Assembly: GCA_012295275.1 (NCBI GenBank)
Contig: CM022666.1
Location: forward strand, 2,914,001 to 2,978,000
Source: Chrysomallon squamiferum
Taxonomy: Eukaryota; Animalia; Mollusca
Direction of reading: 5' to 3'
DNA length: 64,000 bases
The notes beneath the pieces were generated by a model that was not told the DNA's origin, ran no database searches, and saw only the letters and a program-made list of their open reading frames with translations. Of the stretch, positions 53,786-64,000 are shown piece by piece; positions within the stretch are counted from its first letter, which is position 1; every line of letters begins with the position of its first letter. Both the position numbers and the translations under genes were made by a program.

Positions 53786-56562
53786 CAGTTAGCATTGTTT
53801 ACCTTTACAACAGACAACAAAGTGTCTTTGTAATCTAGAATCAGAAATTATTATTATTTATTTTTGTACCTATCTTCCAGCACTTCACATTGAAAACTGT
53901 GTAATTATAAAGCTGTCAAAAAACCACTGTACATTACATTACACACTATTGTTAATCTTCAGGGAATTATTTACAATGCCTCATTATAATGTCCTGTACA
54001 GAGCCATATCAGTGCTTTATTTCCTTATTACTGACAATATTTATAAACAATAAACATAATTTAAAACACAAAGAAGCAACTATGTAATATTGTATAGGTT
54101 ATTGTTAATTGTATTCCACAATGTTTCTCCATTTAAACCTGTTGTTTTTTTTTTTTTTTTTTTTTATAGTTTTCTTAAAGTTTTTAATAGACACACATAT
54201 TTACACATCCCTCATAGGCTCATATACACACACACTTATCACACACAGATACACAGACATCTACACATGCTGACACACTGACACACACACCCACACACAC
54301 ACATACAGACCCCCTCAGAGACTCAGACACCCACACCATGCTGTTATCATTATCACATCATCATCATCATCATCATCATTGTTTTATCTCGGTTTGTCTG
54401 TTTATAACTAGAAAACGTCATTTTTATTATTTTACCTATCATATTTGAGAATTAATTACGTAGATAAAATGATGAATTAAAAAAAAAAAAACAACACACA
54501 CACACACATACACAGACATATACACATGCAGACGCACAAACAGAAATTCACACAAAACACACACACACACACACACACACAGTCACATACACTATTTATA
54601 CAGGCATAACTAAACACACTTGCATCCACCACGAGGACAATTAATTAACAACGCAAATTTACTGGGTTTTAATTCCTGATGACAAGGACAAACACATTTT
54701 GTTATAAAATAATAATTGCACAGCTTAAATTATCAATACACTTCACACCTGCCAAGCTGATGTTTGTAGATAATGAACAATAAACACTTCATTGTAAGAT
54801 AATACCTGCAGCAATTAGCTAACCCAGCCACACATTATTACCTGTATACTCATAGCACCTTAATTATTAATTATCATAAATAATTAAAACTCCTTCAAAC
54901 AAAGCAGAAGCTGTTGTAAAACCAGGCACAATAATAAAAAAAAAAAAAAAAAAAAATAAAAAAAAAATTACTGAAGAAACTGTTAGACAAAGACTTAATT
55001 CCATTAATGTTTAATAATTTATTTATAAAATTTTCTTTCAGGAATGGTTCTGTTGCTGAGAAAGATTGACAGATAAAATGACAGAAAGGGATAGAAATGT
55101 AAATTTAATTAAATTAAATTAAATAATGTATTTTTACAAATAAATAAATAAAGAATTCTAAATAAGTAATTTAACAAAAAATAATGAATTTAAAATTAAC
55201 AAATAATTTAATTTTTCACTGCTTATATTTAAATTAGCATGATGTATGATATGAACAAATAAACCACTAAGAACTAAAAAAATAAACAAAATAAACAAAC
55301 AAACAAAAAACACATCAGCTATATGAATACAAAAATCTAAGTTTAAATTAACAGAATTTTAACAACAGTTTGCAGAAGGCAAAATCATTTAAAATTATAC
55401 AGGAATGTGTGTATATAGTCAAATTAATTTACTAACAGACATAAAACTGGGAAAACATGACCTAGTAACTCATCACACCAAACTGCCTAACAGAACAACA
55501 CGAACCTAGATCCAAGAATAAAGCAATTTGCGAAAATAAACTTTTCAACAGTCGCAACGAACGACTTGCCAAATTCTTGATTCACAATCCATTCCTTCGT
55601 TGTTACAGTGAACATCATAGTTTTGTAGTCATGGTAATAATTTTTCTTCCTGATGTTTTATTTGGAATTATATTGGTCTAAATTGGGAACCTGAAGTTTT
55701 TTTTTTTTTTTGATTTTTTTTTTCTTTTGAATTTTTTCCTTTTTTCTTTTTCTTTTTAAAATTTTTGATTTTTTTTTAAATTGAAATCAATGCAGTAGCA
55801 ATCATGGCTGATTTTGGTGACCCATACATACATCAGTGGCTTGACAATAAAATTAGCTGGTGTGTGGGAAAGATGGTGTAGAAGAAAAATATTTTATTAG
55901 CAAAATAAATAAATAAAAGTGTAAGTTGATACATGTGACTAGTGTGGTTGAATTTTGAATAGCGGTTTTGCATTTATAAAAATAATGAAATAAACACATA
56001 ATATGATTACATATAAAATAAATAAATAAATAAATTAATAAAACAAAATAACATGAACTGCTTAATAATAATACAACTGAAATAAAACTAAACAAAACAA
56101 AAACAAATCAAAAATAAAATAAAATAAATGTATTAAAAATGTTTTAATTTTTTTTAATTTGTCATTTTATCTACAGAATTAATTCTGAAATATGACAGGT
56201 GAAAAAATAAAAATGACACCAATGATAATAATAATAATATTACTAATAATAACAACAACAACAAAAACAAAAACAATAACATGAATGATAACATTACATA
56301 CATCTTTTGAAATATAGTAATAACATTAACAACAAGAACAATAATAAATATTTTAAAAAATAATAACTATGAAATTACATACTTTATATACTGAAATAAC
56401 AAACAGATCTGGCAATAGAACTGAATGCATTTCCACATGAAAACAATATGTAATGAATCAAAACAAATAAACATTTATGACATTAATCATGCTGGATAAT
56501 CAAATAGAATTAATAAAATCTACTGGCTGTCTAGACACATAAAAAACAAAATAAATAAATAA

Positions 56563-56615
<53 letters not shown>

Positions 56616-56688
56616 CATACACAACACACACACACACATACACATACATACATACACATACATACATACATATATACATATACATATG

Positions 56689-56729
<41 letters not shown>

Positions 56730-56922
56730 GTATATATATATATATAGTAATAAACCAAATAAATGGAAAGAACAATATAATGATACTAAAACAAATAAAC
56801 AATTAAATGTTTCATTAGTAATTATAATAATAGGAATAGTAGTAGTAGAAAAATAATAATAATAATAACAGTAATAAAACATTTAAAATAGAAAATCAAA
56901 AACCAATAAAGATACAAAAAAC

Positions 56923-56954
<32 letters not shown>

Positions 56955-57329
56955 AATTAATAACAATAAAAAATTGATAACGCACACCAAACGAAATGTC
57001 ATAAGTAAATGGGTATTGTTGCAAAACACAATAGAATAAATGCAATGAAAATAACTTGTTCTGAGTCTAGTCATATTAATGATGTTTTATACAGTGTGTG
57101 TTGTTCCCATACACTCGTAACATACGCTTGTTATCACACCATGTATGGGAAAAGCAGCAGGGAAACAGGGTCAGTGTTTGCTTCACTAATTAGCAAGTGA
57201 TTTAATTATGCTAGCCGATTAATTAACAAAGAAAGTCAGTAAGATGTTTTCCAGTCATACAGCACAGTTTGTTTTTAATTATGATTCCTTTTCTTTTTTT
57301 CTTTTTCATTCATTCATTTATTTATTTAT

Positions 57330-57445
57330 TTAATTACTATTATTATTGTTGTTGTTATTACTATTACTATTATTATTATTATTATTATTATTGTTATTGT
57401 TATTGTTATTACTATTATCATTATCATTACTATCATTACTATTAC

Positions 57446-57510
<65 letters not shown>
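57330..57510 (+). repeat. (TTA)n-dominated trinucleotide microsatellite
   Basis: Directly visible. Confidence 0.95.
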
Positions 57511-57513
<3 letters not shown>

Positions 57514-57967
57514 GGTCTTTTTTGTGAATGTTTTTAAACAATTATGGCAACACTTTTGGACAACCAGTTAAATGGTTTAATACAATTCTTCATTTTCTTC
57601 TTCAGTAATGGATCAAATGGGGAGATATCATGATATATGTATCATTAAATAACATAAATCAACACCGTAGTAAAAATAATAATAATAATAATAATAAAAA
57701 ATTTTTAAAAAAATAAAATAAAATAAAATAAAATTCAGTTTAATATTTGAAGTACGTGCATAAGCAGTAATAATGATATTAAAATTATTAAGCATGATAC
57801 AGAACAGGCCATTTTATGAAATACAAACAAAAATATTTTGTTTTGTTTTGATTCTATAGCTGTTTTAAACAAATGGGTTATATATTCACATGGATTATAT
57901 GTATAGTATCTGTGTATATCTATATGTATATGAGTATAAATATATATATATGTGTGTGTGTGTGTAT

Positions 57968-58007
<40 letters not shown>

Positions 58008-58754
58008 CTGTGGCTATATGTATATACATATGAATGTATATTTGTATGTATGTAACTATATATGTATTCGTATGTATTCATACACTTAATGTAACTATTT
58101 AATCTAAAATGCATCTTTCTCTCAAAACACATTCTAAGCAAAAATCTAACAGGGTTTTAGCACTAACTTTCTAACACACTAACTGATCCCTGCTTTACAA
58201 CTTCCTAACCATTTTACTTCTAACTTTTTACAACGCGAACAATATACGACACTATTGTCGCTCTACCTTTCTAGTAATGTCTATATAAATAATACTTCCA
58301 TTAGTAAGACAAGTAAAAAAAAATGTGATCTGCACTAAAAATCACATTAAGTGTTTCACAGCATTTGCTAAACTAGCTAGCTGCAGGATAATGTAGGAAA
58401 AGGGGAGAAAAAAAAAAAAAAAGAAAAGAAGAAGAGAAAAACTCCACCATTTTCATTCGACTGGATGCATTGATTAACAAACACACAGATCAAAGCGATG
58501 ACATGAAAACCAATGACAAGCACAGGCACATCAGTTCACACCAGTCGCCAATCAAGAGTGAAATTACTCTCTCACTTTCTTACTTTCCCTTTTTCTCTTT
58601 CTCTTTTCTTTTTCTTTCAATCTCTCGCTCCTTTTTTACTTTTTTTTTTTCTTCCCCTATTTTCTTTCTCTCTCTCTGTCTCCTTTTTACTTTTTACTTT
58701 TTCTCTTCCCTCCTTTCCTTGCTTTTTTCTTTTATTTCTTTTTTTTCTTTCTCT

Positions 58755-58789
<35 letters not shown>

Positions 58790-58902
58790 AGCTTTTAATC
58801 TTTTCCTTCCTTCCTGTCTTAATTCTCCATTTTACTGCCTTATTTCTGTCTTCCTGCTTTCTTTTTCTCTCTATTCAAATGCCTCATATCCTTCTGTCTT
58901 TT

Positions 58903-58973
<71 letters not shown>

Positions 58974-59899
58974 ATCATTTTAAATGATAATAACAAACAA
59001 AAAAATCAAACAAAAAACCCTCCATCTAATCTAACATCACAGAAACAGAAAAATGAAAAAAAAAAAAAAAAACCAAGCCAACTGGAGTTAAAGGTGCATG
59101 TTGCATTTTGATTTGAAATCTGATTTACAGTTTTACAGTCAACTGTAATTTATCTGGTGTATTCAACATCTAAATGACTTCACATTTAAACTGATTAACA
59201 TGAACGACCGCTAAGTGCAGTGAAAACTTTACAGTGAACAAACGAGAAATAAAACTGCATTACTCGAAAGGTTCCAACATACTGAATATATTTTTTGTTA
59301 CCATTTTTATTCATACCGTACTACTAAAGGTTTTAACATTCCAAATGACATTTCTGTTACAGTGGATAATGGAACAGTGACAATATTTAAATTAGTATCG
59401 CATTGAATCAAAGGTCTTGACACACTAAATGTTTTTTTAACTATTCAAATTAGTAATAGATTATTCTTAGTGCATTAATGTATTACTATTTAAATTAGTA
59501 CTCTATTATTTTTAATAAGTTTTAATAAGTACTGCATAATAATAAAGGTTTCAACACCCAAAATAATATCTCATTATTATTTAAAATAGCATTATTTTTT
59601 AGTAAAGGTCATAGCATACTAATCATCTTTTTGTTATTTTAAATCAGCACTGAAGGTTTTAACATAATAAACAACTTTTTATAACTGCTCAAATGTGTCC
59701 TACATAAAACAGAAGGAATGTTTTATATTAAATGTTTCCATTTATCTAAAACAACATTTTATAATTATTTAAACAGATCCATTAAAAATATTTTATAAGT
59801 ACTGAACATTAATGGTTTTTACACTCTGTATGTTTTATTATTTAAAACGTTCCTATAAAACTAAAAAAAAATATATATATACATACACTTTAAACTATA

Positions 59900-60690
59900 G
59901 TTTTTAACACCCTAAATAACTTTCTATTATTATTTAAATTAGTCCTATAAATCTGAAATAAAGAGTACTCTAAATAATGTGTTTTTACTATTTAAATTAG
60001 TCCTGTAAATATGAAATAAAAAAATACTTCACACTAAAGGTTTTCACACACTGAATAACATTTTATCACCATTTAAATTAGTTCTGTAAATCTAAAATAA
60101 AAAGTACTTCACAGTAAAGGTTTCCACACACTGAATAACATTTTATCACCATTTAAACTAGTCCTGTAAATCTAAAATAAAAAGTACTTTACAGTAAAGG
60201 TTTCCACACACTGAATAACATTTTATCACCATTTAAACTAGTCCTGTAAATCTAAAATAAAAAGTACTTTACACTAAAGGTTTTCACACACTGAATAACA
60301 TTTTATCACCATTTAAACTAGTCCTGTAAATCTAAAATAAAAAGTACTTTACAGTAAAGGTTTCCACACACTGAATAACATTTTATCAACCATTTAAACT
60401 AGTTCTGTAAATCTAAAATAAATAGTACTTCACACTAAAGGTTTCCACACACTGAATAACATTTTATCACCATTTAAACTAGTCCTGTAAATCTTAAATA
60501 AAAAGTACTTTACACTAAAGGTTTGCACACACTGAATAACATTTTATCACCATTTAAACTAGTCCTGTAAATCTAAAATAAAAAAGTACTTTACACTAAA
60601 GGTCTTCACACACTGAATAACATTTTATTACTCTTTATAACAGTCCTGTAAATCTTAAATAAAAAGTACTTTACAGTAAAGGTTTTAACA
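59900..60690 (+). repeat. 80-bp satellite, about 9-10 copies, homogeneous over 60048-60690
   Basis: ttttatcaccatttaaa at 60061, 60141, 60221 and 60301 (period 80); unit ...ctagtcctgtaaatctaaaataaaaagtactttacagtaaaggtttccacacactgaataaca. Confidence 0.97.
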
Positions 60691-61038
60691 CTCATTGCCG
60701 TTTCATTACTTTTGCACTATTAAGGATAATGGAACTTTCACCAGGCTCTAAATACATTCATTATCCCACACACTCCACAAAAACGAAAATGATTAAAGTC
60801 AAAATTATTTTGTGAATTAATCCCATTGATCTTAACTTTGTCTAAACCGGTCAGAGAAAAACTCTGAAATAATGATATACCATGTAGTTAACACAGTGAA
60901 GTAATTTGATGAAAAATAATAATTAAAAATATTAGACACTGATATACATAGTCAAAAATCAAAATAATTTGTTTGGAAATAATAATAATAATAATAATAA
61001 ATATTAGATAATGAAATACCATATTGTCATAAAATTAA

Positions 61039-61069
<31 letters not shown>

Positions 61070-61136
61070 AAACATCTATATGTGTATGTGTTAGTATTAT
61101 TTAGTAAAAATATTTAATAACACTAATAACAATTAA

Positions 61137-61173
<37 letters not shown>

Positions 61174-61563
61174 GTAATAATAATAATAATAATAAATAAA
61201 AATCATCAAACAAAATACATTAAAAAAAAATTGTAACCATAATACTAAAGAATAATAGCTAGGAATTAATTTTCAATAAATTTTTCTATTACCAGATTTT
61301 TATATTTTTTCAGGGCATGCAGATGGGGTTTTTTTTGTAATGCAAGTGAAATAAAAACCCATAATTCACGTGCAGCATTACGTAATTTCCTCTGGGGATC
61401 TGCTAATATCCCAACCATACCAAGATCTGTTACACATAATTGTTAATTATTTCAAGAGATCAAATAATTAACGAAAAGTATTAAAATATTAATAATAATA
61501 AAAAAAAATAAATAACAAAAAAAATTAAAATAAAATCATTTGACACAATACTGATGAGATAGG

Positions 61564-61602
<39 letters not shown>

Positions 61603-61766
61603 AAAAATTAATATAATAAAAGTAAAAATGATTGTGTAATTCCTTTCAAGAAGTGCAGATTTTTATTTTTGTTTAGAAAAGTTTAGAATCTATTGCAATG
61701 TACAGTTGAATTTCTAACATATTTTGTAATTTTAATTTATTTTTGTTATTTTTTTGTTTTTTAATA

Positions 61767-61797
<31 letters not shown>

Positions 61798-61949
61798 TGC
61801 TACTACTACTATTGTCATTATTACTACTATTATCATTATTATAATTGTTGTTGGTGATCTAACTATTATTTATTTTTTTATTTATATATCAAATACTCCT
61901 ACCATACTGATACACTTGATAGAATACAATACATATTAATACAAAAGAA

Positions 61950-62350
61950 TTTCTTTCGCAATTATAATTATTCATCTGTTGGTCTTGAAAATGCCATTAT
62001 CCACACCAACAAAAAAAAAAAAAAAAAAAAAAAAAAATTATCCTTTTTCATTTCTTGAAATAGAAAATGTTATTAGACCAAAGAACTATATAAAATTATT
62101 GTTACTCTTTTGTTGGAATAAAAATATAATAATAATAATTAATAATAAATAAAAGCTTTTCTAATTATCCTGTTTCCTTAATTGCAATGAAAAATATTTA
62201 AGAACTATACAAAATTATTCTTATTCTTTTATTGGAAAGAGATAAAAAAAAAATTAAAAAACAAATAAATATAAAAAAGTCTTAATTATCCTCTTGTAAA
62301 AAAAAAAAAAAAAAACCCACCAAAAAGAACAGCTATAAAATTATTCTTCA
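61950..62350 (+). repeat. Degenerate tandem repeat of about 120 bp, about 3 copies
   Basis: aattatcct...aagaactata.aaaattatt.tta.tcttt at about 62036, 62163 and 62284. Confidence 0.75.
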
Positions 62351-62949
62351 CTTAGAACGGGAAATTCCAAGATATCGGAAAACAGTTTTTACAAATACCT
62401 TCATTCTTTTGTTCAAAGTGAAATACTATGATCAAAGACAGAAAACATGTGTAAGAAAATCTTGTAAGTTCAGCTTACTCAATCAATATAAGTTTTAAGT
62501 GTGATTAGACGCAGTCTGTAATAAGATGATTATGACACATGAAAATCAACTTATTCTTTTCTTGTTGATTACATCTGGGCATTACTCTAAGGTTGCATAG
62601 TTCTAACTGTTTCTTTCTTAAAACTCTAGTCTGCCTGTACATTTTTGGGCATACCTGCATTTTTAAGTATAGATATACATATTATGTGTGAGTGAATGTG
62701 TCTGTGTTTGTGTGTGTGTAAGTTATGAACAGTGTATGTCTGTATTTGTGTGCATAAGTATAAACATGTAGCATATGCTAAAATAAATAATAAACATTCT
62801 AATGTACAAATCCTTTTTAAATTTGTTTTGACAAATCATTTGTTCATTCCTTATTATTTTCATATCCCAATTTATATTCCTTGATAGAGCAAGCACAGGC
62901 ACATATATAGATTTTGCATACATGTATATTTGTCTGTGTGTGTGTGTGT

Positions 62950-63019
<70 letters not shown>

Positions 63020-63119
63020 GTTTCTCTAATGCACACATACAAAGAAATAAAATAAAGCTCTTTCTTTCATTTTTTTTTTGTTTAAATTTTTTGGTAAAAT
63101 ATGACCACAAACTGCAACA

Positions 63120-63365
63120 CTAAGTTCCTGACGTTCCGATTGGTCGATAAGCGGTGCATCGATTTCACCTAAGCCAGCTTTCAGAAGCATTGATTGGCTA
63201 ACACAGCCTCTGATCCTCTTGGCCAATATTCTTTCAAGTTTTCTTTTGAAGAGCAGAACCAGGGGAACTAATTTCATTAACAACAATCACAACAGCCTCC
63301 CGGATAAAGTCAATAGTGTGTCAGTGTTAGTCAGGGTGACATGATGTCACTGCCAGTGAAACTTA
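63120..63365. promoter_or_regulatory. CCAAT-box cluster, promoter-like island
   Basis: attgg at 63139 and 63193, ccaat at 63223, CRE-like tgacgt at 63129, palindrome gtgacatgatgtcac at 63336-63350. Confidence 0.4.
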
Positions 63366-63922
63366 AGATTTTTGTGCAGGACAAAAAGAAAAAGAAAAGG
63401 GATGAAAAAAAAAAAAAAAAAAGAAAAAGGAAAATCAAAACTGACAGTTCTGACAAATTAACAGACACTTTGAACATAATATGCTGTAATGATTATAACC
63501 AATTTGTCCACATTTATAATTTAAATCTTCTTAAAAGTAGTTTGATATTTTTTTTTTTTTTTTTTTTTTAAAGTTATTATACATTTTTGGTTTGTTGAGC
63601 GATTATGATTATTGTGTTTGTTTTTTTTTCAAACAGAATTTCCTGCTTGCACTTAGTGTGAAATGGTAGAAAAAAATATAATAAATAAAAAGAATTTAAC
63701 TGTACTTTTCTAAACACGTTATGACATAAATATTTCTATGATTCCAAAAGCTGATTACAATAAAAAGAAGAAGAAAAAGAAGAATTTAAGAAATGTGATT
63801 ATTCTTAATAGGTATTATACATATTTATTGTTTGTTTGTTTAATTATTTATTTTCTGATGAAGAAAAAAATTCTTCTTTCTTTCTTACACTTTCCTCAGT
63901 GCCTGTTCTTTTTTCTCTCTTT

Positions 63923-63969
<47 letters not shown>

Positions 63970-64000
63970 AAATTACTATCTACACAAAACTGTCAAACTA

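Noticed and set aside
62358-62368. Isolated NF-kB-like sites (gggaaattcc; also near 202 and 35050)
   Set aside because: Single 10-mers are expected by chance in 64 kb and are not clustered.

Overview
This is AT-rich, microsatellite-saturated eukaryotic non-coding DNA, most likely one very long intron or a gene desert. I recognise no protein-coding gene, rRNA, intact tRNA, miRNA or CRISPR array, and most of the supplied ORFs are translations of simple repeats. There are three layers. (1) About eight decayed copies or fragments of one tRNA-derived SINE family with the core ...aaaagatyccttgctgctaa..., which from memory resembles the mollusc Meta/MESC-core SINEs; this suggests a gastropod or other mollusc (inference only). 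(2) Many microsatellites and at least a dozen minisatellites or satellites of different ages, including two with fixed cores separated by (CA/TG)n spacers. (3) About 20 islands of 150-650 bp of complex, CpG-retaining sequence that look like constrained regulatory or splicing elements. The most interesting signal is a set of + strand acceptor/donor fusions (YAG|GT, best TTTTCAG|GTAAGT at 11564/11565) with AG-free upstream zones and nearby downstream donors, which is the architecture of recursive-splicing ratchet points. Several frame-preserving cassette-exon candidates lie on the same strand. All splicing and regulatory calls are unverified hypotheses from motif reading.
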